Shown: positions 1-13,199 of the stretch, piece after piece
How positions within the stretch are numbered: position 1 is the stretch's first letter
Layout of the letters: the number at the start of each line of letters is the position of its first letter
Assembly: GCA_051362555.1 (NCBI GenBank)
Contig: CM120641.1
Location: 14,136,001 to 14,200,000, forward strand
Direction of reading: 5' to 3'
Length of the DNA: 64,000 bases
Origin: Lingula anatina
Taxonomy: Eukaryota; Animalia; Brachiopoda
Program-made: the position numbers and the translations under genes
Notes under the pieces: generated by a model
The model's input: the letters and a program-made list of their open reading frames with translations, nothing else
What the model was told of the DNA's origin: nothing
The model's database searches: none

Positions 1-644
1 GACTGATTAAGTTCATCATCAAATTGCACCATGCTGTCAGTGTGGGTTTCCTCATCTTCAATATAGATGTGCATTTAAGGCATTTAAGTGAAAGATGAAA
101 TTACTCAAAAGTTTTTTTGATAAAACCCTTTTTAATAGTAGGAATGATCATTTCACCTGACATTTCAATTCCCCTTTTTCATTTATTTTTATATTATTTT
201 TGAAAAAAAAGTATTTATTTGTTCTTTTCTTTTGAGACGGAAATCGAAACCTGTTGAACTGCTTGATAAAACCAGCACTGAACTTGCTATATCAGTGATT
301 AGCTAAATGTGAAATAAAGAGGAAACCTAGACTGGTGCAGTGAAAATCAATTCCCTAAGAGCAATGTTGAGACTTAATTTATTTGAGATTTAATGTATAG
401 TCAACATTGACTTCATTAGAATTATTATTTGGATAATGACTGCCATTCACTTTGATGAGCATTCTCGTGCAGTTTGAATTCAATTATCTAAAGATTGGCT
501 GAATTTGATTACAGGTTATAATACAACTTCACTGAAAAAAATTACCTAGAATTGATTTCTTTAAAAAGGAAAGAAAAGTGTTCTCTGTTAGATTATGGCT
601 AAGGAAGTATTGGATATATTTGCATTTGCACATTTTATTTTCAG

Positions 645-2072
645 CTCCATTCTTTGTTGTTAGTCAGTTAAAGGTGAAGATATATACATCAAGAGTGTAT
701 GATACAATCAAAAAGGGCCAGCAGTATTTTGAAATGGAAATCTTTCCACCAATTCCTGTGTGCGGAGATGTCAAAATAGAATATTTTAATAAACCAAAAA
801 TGATAAAGAAGGTAAAATGTGTTAAATTCAGACTGTATTCAGTGTGTAAAATACCAGTAAAATTATTAGTCAGAATTTTTTGAAGTGCATTAGACAGATA
901 TGTTTAAGCCATTAAGAAAGCACCTTTTGGGTTTTAAAAAATTCATTGCACTACAAACTGTGTAGAAGTTGAATTGGGCAGTAATATCTATTTGGTCCCT
1001 TATATATTCAAAAAGGTGTGGATGTTTGTTCAGAATGTTTTTTGCTATATATTTGTAATAGCAGATGCCAGATGCTACATCTTTCTTATTATTCTCTCTT
1101 TAGGAAAAAATGTTCCATTTATGGTTCAACACATTCTTTGTGGAGGATCGTGAGGAAGTGGTCCAAAGTAATGGCAATGGTCAGTTTGGGTGTAACTATG
1201 GTTCCCAAGGTTCCATTGGGTCAGGGTCGCAGCAGGGGTCCAGTACAAGTTCACAGCAGTGGTGTGGGCCTAATACCACAGTCACAGCACCAGGACCAGC
1301 ATCTTATCTTACTGCAGAGTTTGCTAAAGATGAAATAGACAAAGCCAATAAGGACAAGTCACACAAAATCTTCAGTCCAAACTTTAAGGCAAGTTATGGT
1401 CATGTTATTTGAGAGAACATTGGCAGTTTAATTGGTTTAATCCCTGTCAAAAGTAAATATATTTATTGATTTTATTTTTTTTAATTTTTAACGGGCATCT
1501 GTTTTTAAAGTGAAGATTGCTTAAATATCTTTCTATTGAATTTCTTTGGTTAAGATGTCGGTATGTGTGACATTGTTTCAAGGTGAGCAGGACCACTATG
1601 CATTAGTTTGTTCCTGGAATTGAGATAAGTCTTGAACTTCAATCAGTTCATTAAAGATAAACTTTTATCCAATTATCCTGACTAGTAGATTATCCTGCAG
1701 ACAATTTCTTGAACACAAAATGGTGTCCTAAGAACTGTTAAGTCCATAAAATTGTTAGCATTGTAGAATGGTATTGGTAAATTAAAAAAAAAAGTTACAA
1801 ATAGAATAAGAAATACTTTTTTGTTTCTTTGATTTTCTTTTTAGATATTAGATCATTTTACTGTACATTTTCTTTTACAGTTAAAACTGTATTTTACATC
1901 ACCGGAAGATGCTGACCAAATAGATGATCCACTGGGAGAGAACAGGATGGCAGAAGCAGCCATGGAATCTGTAGCTTTTCATAGTAGCAGTGACAATGAA
2001 GTTTTAGATGAGAACCTCTCAGATACTGACACAGACAACGAATGGGAAGGATGTGAAGTGACTCATGTATGA
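645..2072 (+). CDS. PTEN: PTEN lipid/protein phosphatase, 3' part (C2 domain and C-terminal tail); 5' exons lie upstream of the window
   Basis: Exons 645-811 ([13 protein letters not shown]...[21 protein letters not shown]), 1104-1388 ([12 protein letters not shown]...[20 protein letters not shown]) and 1881-2072 (LKLYFTS...SSSDNE...SDTDTD...VTHV*). These match human PTEN exons 7-9 motifs (PLPVCGDIKVEFF, KMFHFWVNTFF, DLDKANKDK, FSPNFKVKLYF) with the same intron positions, and phases are consistent. Confidence 0.97.
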
Positions 2073-5000
2073 TGTTGGTAGTAGATATGTTTGTAAGGAT
2101 TGGACACCCTCATATTTTTTTTAAGAAAAAAAAACAACGGATTCATAAGGGCATCGGCAGATATGTTTTGACCTTGAAACTGGGGGATCATGTAAGATGT
2201 TATGTGCCAAGGAAATGGGATAGTGTGATGGCCAGAGATACAAAGTGAATAAAATGACACTGAATTACAGTGTAGAGAGCAAGTAAAGGCTGACATTAGA
2301 GGTATAAGGATGGAATTCCTATTTTTTGTGCCTGGGAGGTAAATCTGACTCCTTCCCTGAAGGATTGTTCTAGTTGAAGCAATCCTGTTGTTCTAGGAAT
2401 ATACATTACCATGTATCAGTGGTATGGGCATTCTGTGGTCAATTTGTTCTTTTGTTCTGACTGATGAATCTGAGAAGCCAATACACAGCAGAAGTATTGT
2501 TATTATTTTAAGTATTTTGTTTGTATGTTGAACATACACAGCCAGACACAGGTTTGTGTTATAGTAATTAAGTTATATTCACTTTGAAAAAGTTATACCA
2601 GCTAAGATCTCATTTCTCCCTTGTGATAAGTTGGGTGCCCTCCCAGCAGTGGACCCCTTGACCATCAATTAATTAACAAGTGTTACTTTAAAGAGTGCAT
2701 TTGTTCCCATGAGGTCTATTCTGGGATTATTACTGGTTTATTAATAAGTATAACTGAAAATAGATGAGATTTTTTCATTGTGAATATAGCTTGAGTATTC
2801 TACGTGGGAGTTGCAAGAACAAGTGTACATGTACAGTCCATCAACCTGATTAGGATCTCCTGCTGTTGCAAACAGGCAAAATTTTGTGGAATTTGTACAT
2901 ATGTAGAACTGTGTCACATTTCATTGTTATTATTTCATTCATCTGCTTGATTTCATCCAGGGGATCAGAAATTTACTTTAAAAGATAAAGTATTATATTA
3001 TTACTATGGTTAACGAAAGAGAGGGGTGTGATAAGATAGCAGGAAGACTGCATGGTTTGTCTCAGAGTGAAATGATTTTATCCATCCCACTTCACAATGT
3101 GGGGCCATTACTTGTTTATTTTAGATTAGCCATAGTGCATTCATTCATTCATTAAAACACCCATGTCAGATAGCCATCATCACATCATTGTCATTGTAGC
3201 ATTGTCACTAGTGGCTGCATCATTCCATTTCTAGTATTAGGAAGTTGATTTCAGCATTTTAGTACAGATTTCTGTCAGCAATGTCGTTCATTTTCCATTC
3301 GTGTCATCACATTTACTAGTTCTTAAACTTTTTATAAGCACATTAATCTGCTTATAAACCTTCGCTAGATTTTTTCAACCATAATGAATTGAGCAAAGAA
3401 GAAAATACCCATGAAGTGTGTGGTTAAGTATATTTTAATGTATGAATTAAGCATGAAGGAAGTACTTAAAAATAAACTTGTTTCTCAAGTATAACAACTT
3501 CATTTGTTTTGTCATTTCAGTTTGTACTTGCAAAAAATGTGTTTAAGAGTGAAATCCAGTGTAAAAAGAAAGTATTGGTGGATTTGGTGATAAACTTGGA
3601 ATTCTGTTGATTGCAAGATCTTGCATGTAATATTCAAGTATCTTCCTCTCAACCAGGTTCATTACTTTGGGATTTTTTCTTTATCTGCTTAGATTAAGCA
3701 GGAAGAAACGGGTAATTCTGACACATAAAAGAAAAAAATTGGGGCAAATTGGCTCATTTGACCTGATGGCCTAACAGCACTAATTTAAGGTGAAAACTAA
3801 TATCATTTTCTAACGGATGTCCCTCACCTGAACAGCTATCAACATCACTTTAATGCCAATTTAATCACCATAGTGAGTGGTGCCAGGAAATTTTTCTTGG
3901 AAGGCTTACAGTAAAGAGGCAAAATATTTCCTTCTTTTAATGGAACATCATAATTACGGTCTCATGGCACCAGATTGTAGTTCAAACCCTAGTGCGGAAG
4001 CTTGTGGGGTGGTGAATTTAAGTATTTCAGTTAAATGAAACTGGTAAAAAGCTATTTTACTAAATGAAGGCCTTTATATGTACTAACCAAACCCTTTATA
4101 ATGTATATGGCATGGCAGACATAGTTTGAGGCATAGAATGCTGTATAACAGCTTATTGGAGTGGTCAGCATTGTTTTTAAATTTTTTTAAAACATACACT
4201 ATGAGACTGTATATTTTCTGATCATCACTCTTCAAATTTCTGGGTGCAAATTTCACCTTTTTTGGGAAACACAAACCACCCTTTTGAAGGAAACATCTAT
4301 ATATTCCAAGAAATTTGAATAACATCATCAAGAGTGAATAGGCTGATACAAACAATATTTTTGCAGACTTTTAATGCATAATAGTGGACCTCTATATAAT
4401 ATTGTCTGAAATGGTTGGTTTCTTTAGATTCCATAAGTTAGGTGTAGAAAAGAGCTGTCAAATCATAATGCAAATCAATTTTTTCAACAATTCCTTAATT
4501 GCACATAACAGAGACAGTTTGAAATGCACCACACAGTTTTTGATTAGAAAAGATCAATCAGTGAACTTCTACAATATTAATAAAGTCCACAATGCTCCAA
4601 AATATTACAAATCTGGATTCCATTCTACTTGAAACGAGTGGTTTTGATAGTTGTACTTAAAGATTGGTTCTTCTGAGACAATATTTTGACTAGATTTAAC
4701 TGAAAAAATACTTCTACTGAAGCAAGTTTGATTACTCATAATTATCTGCAGAATAAAAGCAAATATAGCAAGACAAAAATCCAGTAATCTTTACTTGGAC
4801 ATATGCCTGTGCATGAAGACCTATATCTAAACCTACTACATACAGTATAAAAAACAAGCAGCTATGCAGCTTGAACTACAAAATATAAAAGCTGTAACTA
4901 AAATTCATTAAATAAAACTTGCTCATATTTTTTAAGTTTCTTATTATATGAGACCATAATTATCTTTGCAAAAATAGATATGATAACAAATATGTCAATT

Positions 5001-6318
5001 AAATCTCTTAAGATTGGTAAGTCTAAACTGTACATTTGCATGGTTTTGCAATTTGAAGCTGAGGTAGAATCTACATTTTCACTACCCAAGACTAAAATCA
5101 CAGATTCAATGATCATATGTATTAGCCTGCATGGACAGTGAAAAAAAGATCCCTTGTTCCCATTGCTCCACTCAATAAAACAATAAAAACATTTAAGCCA
5201 ATCTGAGGAGTGTGTGACCAAACCATGGATACATTATCTTTGGATTCCAAAGGTTTCAAACCCCTCTCCACAATTATTGGCTACATGATTGTCTTATCTT
5301 TTCCATGGTTACACACAAAGTGGACCTTTCAGGTGAACACATACAACTCAAATACAATTACAACACTTCTATAAAGTATTTTATACAAAGTGAGTTATAA
5401 TAGTCATTTAAAAAATAAGTGCTTTTTATGTTAATACTATGTAGTGTATACATTCATAAATATTCTTTGGTGATTACAATCTGCTTCATTTTAGTGAATT
5501 TTAAGTATGAGCCCTTGATTATTAAAACAGAGATTAATCTAAAGTCCCTTAAACTATTGGTCTTTATGTTGGACGGAAAATATAAAGAAAATAGTCGAAC
5601 AACAAGTAAGAAATCTTAAAAAAGAAATATATACCTTTCTAGAAAGCAGATTCTTCTTTTAATTGTTGTATCATTTCAAGAGCACAGCATTAGTATAATC
5701 AACTCAAATTACTGAACATTAAATTTTCCTTCACATCTACTAACCAAAAACACTTGAATAAAAGCATTCTGCAACTATTAAAGAAACTAAGATTAAAACA
5801 GTTCCACTGTCTAATCGATTGTTTTCACATGCTACCAATTAAGCAACAGATTTAAAACACAATTTAAACATGAATTCGGTCACTTCAAACACAAAGGCAA
5901 CAATTTATGACATAGTCCATTATAAAACAGTCGCCACAACTTGATCACACCATGTTTACATTAGAAATACTATCATATGTTCTGATTCTACTATGATCAA
6001 TATGTTAATGACTATGGCTGGAATCTAAAATATATGCATATTACGAACTTACATTGCTATGTGATGCCCTCACTTGTATTTTGTGAGACTTACCTACCAA
6101 GCCAAAAAGCCCGGACCACACTTCCTGTTAAAACATACTTTAATTCCAAGATATTGCAATGTGAAATCTGACAAAATGTCATCTGACTAGAAAATTTGAT
6201 GTCTTAATCTTTTTTTTTTTTTAAGGTCCACTTTTTCTCCATGATTTTTGTCGAGGTGCAATCTTTGGTGTGTTAGCTCCCCTCCACCAGCGTCCTCCAC
6301 TAAGGTCAGCTGACCAAG

Positions 6319-9300
6319 CTACCAGCGGCCGCTCTGTGTGGCCAAGTCATGTCGCCGAATAAAAGACCCAGTATCTCGGAATGGGTTGTTGGAACCAGGA
6401 GTGGCAGAGAAACTTTTTCTTTTGTTGAGATCTGGATAATGAAATTGACACCAAACATTCTTACATTTCATGAATTTTTACGGGTTGTTACTACTGTAGA
6501 TTTTAAAAGCATGCATACAAATACAGGAATAAGAAAATTCAATAAAAGCTGCCTTGTGAAAATTGTTTTATCAACAAAACTGAACTGAATTTCATAAGAT
6601 TCAAAACATTCAATTCAAAATACTCATATCGAAGAAATGAAAGAACAGAAGTACTATTCACATCTTGGAGACCATTCCCATACCCTATCATAGTCTAACT
6701 TTGTATCAAACTATCTCCAAAGGGATTCTCACTTAATTGCAATTAACTTAAGCACCTTAGATGTCTGTCACGCCTACTAAAGCTGATAGGCAGTAATTAA
6801 CTATCATTCAGCAGCTTTAGTAGGCATCCCAGACATCAAAGCCACTTAAGCCGAAAGCAATTTAGCGAGAAACCCCATGGAGATGGACTGACCCTGTTAG
6901 GTCCACGATAGAACTATAGCCTGAAAATTGCTTTTTAGACCAGGTCCTGGTTTCACAGAAAAACAAAACTTAGTTCCCTTGCTAAGGATGTATACATGTT
7001 TCCAAGTGAGTGCTGTACCATTGTTCCTATAGGGTAAGATGTGTGCACCTGACCATGGTAGCCACTGGGACTGACAAATTATTATTATTATTTTGTGAAA
7101 ATGGGATCAGAAATTTAACTACTTTGACCCAAGGTAAATGGGAAGAAGTTCCATTAAATAAAATATTGCATCCTTTTTATAATGAGAAAAAAACAGTATT
7201 ATGTTTCAAAACATAACCTATTTTATCTAAGTGGACTACTAAGGACTGATCTCAACTAACTGTTGCACCTACCTGCTATAGCCAAAAGCATCTTTCTTCT
7301 TGCACCAAAGGTGGTAATTCCCAGTTCTTTTAAGTCCTGGTCAGTCAGGGTCAGGAATGTAGCAAAGTCAATCTGGAAGAAATCAAACTCAACATGACTA
7401 ACCAGCTGCTTGTGAAATTCAATTTAAAGTACAGGTTTTATATATATATATATGTTGTAAGGATTCTTTAAGCATTTCCAGATCGGATGTTTTATACAGA
7501 AAACTATTGTACTATAAAAATTATCACTAAAAAACTAATGTCACTGCTACTACAAAGGAAAGATGTACAGGAACTTTCAAAGAACTGATCCAAATCACAG
7601 GTTTTTCTAGCATTGTGATATGCACATAGTATATGCACATTGTATTCAATAAATATTTAACCACTGGTTCATACTGACCTCTTGTTGTTGAAACAAGTCT
7701 GTATATTTCCCAAGCCCTAGTCTGCTGAATAGCTCTGCCAAGTCCGTCTTTGGTGGCCAAGAGGAGCTACTGTTTCTCAAGTGGGCTGAACTGTCTACAT
7801 GATTGCCAAGATCCAACTTGAACTCTGCTATAAATAGTTAAATAGCAAAATCCTTATATGAATACTGTTTTAAAATTATCTTGTCATTGCCACATGGTGA
7901 TCAGGTGAACCTAAATTAGGTTTTTGTTTTATAACCAAGGAAGTGAGCCGCAAAATCTAATCAATTACTTTAACATAACTATAACTACTTATAACCTGAA
8001 ACTTTTGCACAGCACCATTTTCGGTCTGTAGTAAAAATTCTTTTTATGATTACAGTACATTTAGACACCAAGCCAATTTTAACTTACGTTGCTTCTTCCT
8101 TGGACTCGGAAAATCCCCAGGGGCTGGACACAGGGGTTTGTTCTTGGTCGAGTCTCTCCATGGATCTCTATCAATTCCATCATCTTCCTCACCAAGTGTG
8201 GACTAAAATAAAGACTCGTTTAATCAAATATGTTATCTGAGTGGAATATGCTTATTCATTTTTTTTTTGTTCTGCTGCAGCTACAACTGCTACTACTATA
8301 AATAAAAGAAAAAAATATGCAAGCATAATGCAACTATATACATTTATTATGTAAAAACATGAACACATAAAATAACACATCTGACAAAAATTTGAAAATT
8401 TAAAAAAAATTATTATTATCAAAAAGCACAACATCCGATTACTCACATTTTCATCCTCATCCTCATCATTAGCAGACTAAACACAAAGAGTCGTAACATA
8501 TCAAAATACTGCTCCATCTTTACAAATTCTCTTCTTTACACAATGAATTTCAATTTGAACAGTTTAATGTTGAAAAGCATAAGGAACCAACTGAAACCAA
8601 TTTTTCATTAATTTTGTGTTATATAATAATATACATGTCCCTTTGCTATAGAATTACATTACAGTAGTCATTTGATTGGGAAGAATAGCATTGAAACTTA
8701 AAAATAATAATTACCTCATAAGTAGTGGGCATAGTTGGTCCTTTGTAAGTGTTGTTACTGAAGTTCATCTTATCCCTAATAGCAGAATCTGGCATAGATT
8801 TTGAGAAGCCAAGACCTGCCCAATAGTCTGTTGGGATTCTGGATTCACCTTCTGGTTTCTTTTGCATAGCTAGAGTGAGTGAGAAAATAGTAAACTTATA
8901 ACTTACTTAGTATCAACTTCATCTGCACGTTACAAAATGATTAACAGAACAACATTAATATAACATTTTTAAATACTGCAGGGAGAATTGGAGGGGCAGA
9001 AAATGTCCACTAATAATCAAATTCATTTTAAAAAATGTAAATAAATGAAAAAAGGAACAAATTAATTTTAAAAAATGTAAATAAATGAAAAAAGGAACTA
9101 ATTCATTTATGTCTCCTCCATCACAGTGTGCCACAAACTTTCATAGTTCCATTCACAACAAGAAAGAAAGCAACAAAGAATACTGGTTGTCTCTTTTTGT
9201 ATTTCTGTAAGCAAAATCCCTTTTGAAGTGAATAAAAAATGCATAGTTAACTAGACAAGATTGCATTCACAGATAAATAAATAAAAAAAATCTGGTATAC

Positions 9301-11245
9301 CTATTCCCAGCTCCTCTACGTACATGTAGGGGATAGTAGGGGAGTATAAAAATGTTCACTGAATGAGGAAATATAAATGTTTGTGTGGATGACTGGATTC
9401 TGGGAATGGAGGTATGGATAATACAACAGCCTCAAAATTTAATTTCAATTTTAAGTTAGAAAACATACCTTTGGTTGCCAGAAGTTTCTTCCTCTCATAA
9501 TCAAATGGATATGCATTGTTTGAAAATAAGGAGTTTGTGTTGCTGTTCATGCTGTTGCCAGGGGAAGGTCGATTACTTCCTGGAGCCAGTGGGTCAGAAC
9601 CATCAGACTCTGTACCAGACTCCGAGGATCTGTCTCCATTTCTGAAGGAGAAATACATATATAAATAATAATAAATTTGAAAAATACCAGGACATTTTCT
9701 CATTGAATTTTTATAAACAATCTACTTGATGAAATTTGCTGTACTTTCCTCTCAAGTATAATATATATTCCACAAAAACACCACTTACTGAAATGCCATA
9801 CTCCTCATGTTGCCTTCCAGCAGAAGTATCTGCTGCTGAGCAGGTGACAGTGTATTAACTGTAGATCCAGGAGGCTGGTTAAGACCCAGAAGGTCAGAAC
9901 CTGACCCACTGTTACTGGGAGAAGCTTGCTTTGGCACAACCACATTCATATACCCATTGCCTGATTTAACTGTCACTACTTCATGGCCTGAAAAAAAAAA
10001 AGAATGGATAAATTACAAACAGGTAATATGTTCACTTCTCTGGAAAAGTATTTTTTGTTTTTGAACTACAGAAAAAAACTTCCTTTACTTAAAGCTATCA
10101 TCTCATGCTTTGTTCATCTTACAAATTCAAATTACCCAAAACATTGCTTTATACATGTTATAAATTCAGCCAAATGATTTCTTTTGACAAATTCAATGTT
10201 TAACCTCTAAACTTAAAATCTGCTCAAAACTTACTTTCACTCCCTTGGGGTGATCCTGGATTTTTATTAATGAGATCAATAGGGCTGTCCCTAGGGCTGT
10301 CAGATGGACTGGTGGCACTGCTGGGGTTACTGCTGGCTGTCGAAATGGCTACAATATTTAGGCATATACCAAATATTCCATTAATTGTCATTATATGTTA
10401 AATACACCATCATAAAATGAAAACAATTGATTTTTATTCCTACCATCCACTGATCTTGTATGTAATTTATAACACCTTATTATGCTGGCCAAGTAAACGA
10501 TTAACACAATGTTTGAATGCGTTAATGGTGTTTGCAAAATTATGAATTTTTGCAGTGTTGATGGTTAGTACACACCTTTCTCAGGTGTTGGTACCCTAAT
10601 AAATGCACTGTTTTGGTTTAGGTCTTTGAGCCCATTGCACTGGGTAAGCAGATTGTAAGTGGCTGTGATAGGTGGGAAGTTTCCAACATTGTTCACCTGC
10701 AGCAGCATTGGAGGGCCTTGCATACCTGTAGAATAAAATGGTGATATTTAAAACCCCCAATCAGAATATTAATACAATATCTGACTAAATTGCAAAAAAA
10801 GGTAAAAGCAGAAAAGGAAAAAAGGACTAAAATAACTTAATATTAACTTCACATATTGGCATTGTAAAATGTTTCTTACTATGCGATGTAAGCCAGTTAT
10901 TTGGGCTTGTTGATCCAGGACTTCCACTGGTTTCACTACTAGTTGATTGGTGTCTCTGGCAGTTCTGGCCATTGATAACATACACAGGGTTGGGCAAAGT
11001 ATTAATACTCAGCGTGTTCTGACCAAGCATGCCTGAAATATTAGATAGTGTAAATAGGAACTCTAGCATAAACATTAAAAAAGAAATTAAGATGGGAAAT
11101 CTAGTATGAACATTAAGAAAGATTAAATTTTGACAAGCCAAAGCTCCAGTTTTCCTACATTTAAATTTAACGAAGAAGTCAAGAGATCCTTGAGATAAGC
11201 AACAAAGAAGAACTGCTTCAACAACATAATGTAAGTACTATTTTG

Positions 11246-11284
<39 letters not shown>

Positions 11285-13147
11285 CACCTTCATATTTCTT
11301 CATTAATATTTCATAATGTTACATGAACTTTCTGGTGGATTAGCAATTTCAAAACCACATAAAATTAACCTCACCTAATCCAGCTAGGCCCAAGCTATTG
11401 GTGGTGGGAGAAATGTCATGGGTGGCTTCATGTATGGATGGAGGTAGAGACTGATCATCTCTGTCCAACCCAAGCAACACACGGCGTGCCTCATACATGT
11501 TCAGTGCATTGCGCTCAATACTCTTCACAATCACAGACTACAATGAAAGAAAATATCCATTTAATTTTAAATGAAGCAGATTTTTTCCTTTTTCTAAATT
11601 TTCAGGGAACATAGCAGTATCAATTTATATTGTATAGCATGTGTGAGGCTTTTCCGGAAAAATAATCTAAAATGAATTTAATATCAATTTTATGAGCCTT
11701 GTTGAATTAAAAAACCTTACCAGAGTTCAAAACTTTTTCCTCTCTGATATTATATAGCCATTTTAGAACTAAGACAATTTTGATCAAGATACAGATATTA
11801 AATTCCAGGTTACGGAAAAATGAAGACAAGGTCTTTCCATTAACTAAGCAACTGATCAGACAAGTAAGACCTACTTCTGATTTGAAGTTGTCTTATCTAA
11901 CATGATATTTGAAATTTAAATTATGAACTTGCTTCATGTGTGAGCCCGGCTTTGAACGTGGTTAAAATATCATCAGACACTGCATTTGAAACAAAAGCAC
12001 ATTCCCTCTCTGATCTATGCACTTAATGTGCTAGCTGGCAGTGAACATGTTATTTAAAGCTGGCATTTGAGGTAAGGGCAATGAAGTTTGAGCAAAACAG
12101 TCAGAATATGACCACAAAGGTTAAGGTACTGCTGAGTACAATGCTTTTTTCAGCATGAGGGAGATAAAATTCAAGACCTTATTGTTTACTCAAATAACAA
12201 AATCTATGCCAAAAAACAGTTTGACCTTTCGAGGCAGGTGCAAGATCAACTGTAACTTATGTTTCTTAATGTTGTGTCATCAGCAGCAATCACCCCAAGG
12301 GAACAACCCTGTTGCAGCCTTCTTATGTAACAAATGCAGAGTGGTTTGAAAAACAAGATAATGAGAGAGACTGAGTATGGAGCAACAAATCCGGCAGCTG
12401 TTTCTTTCATGCAAAGAAGCTGAGAAGGGAAATGGAAGACTACCTGAAATTTCCTACTGCAGGAAATAAAAAGTGATTTTGCAACAAAAAAGGCAAAAAG
12501 GTCATGCAAAAAGTAAAAAAAAAAAAGACATTAGGACAAATGGGCTAGTCTGAATATCTGATCCTTGATTCTAAAAGTAAGAAGGCACACATTTACTTGA
12601 ATATAGCATTATAATAAATGGGTAACAAAAGTAATTCTGTGGTTGCTTCTTTTTTACAATGGAAAAACAGGTATCAAATTTATTTGTACAAAAATGACAT
12701 GATATTTAATATACAATAACAGACCTGGGTTGAGGAATATAAAACAGTCATTAAAAGCAAAATTTTATAAGTTAATACCTATATATCAATATCCTCCAAG
12801 AGAACATCATAAGTAGCAACTTGGTCGTCATCCTTCTTTCTTGTCATTTAATTGATAAAATGCTTCCTTTTCTCCGATTGGTCAAAAAACCTTCAATGAT
12901 GCTATTGGTCAATACTAAATTTGGTGGTGATGTCATTGATCAAAATCTTGTTTTGTCAGAGTGAAAATTCACAGATATAAGGTCAAAGTATAGTGTCACT
13001 TTTAGAATGATAAGAAAAAATTTACCTTAGATGGTTGTTTTGGTTTTGGCTTGATACTGATAAAAACATCCAGCTGCTCCATAAGATATGCTATTTTGGC
13101 TGCAAAAAAATGGAAGAAACTAACTTCAAAAGGAATATACCATTGCA

Positions 13148-13199
<52 letters not shown>

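Noticed and set aside
2070-2084. Readthrough of the PTEN stop codon
   Set aside because: TGA is followed by TGT TGG TAG TAG. The context is not leaky, and only two codons would be added.
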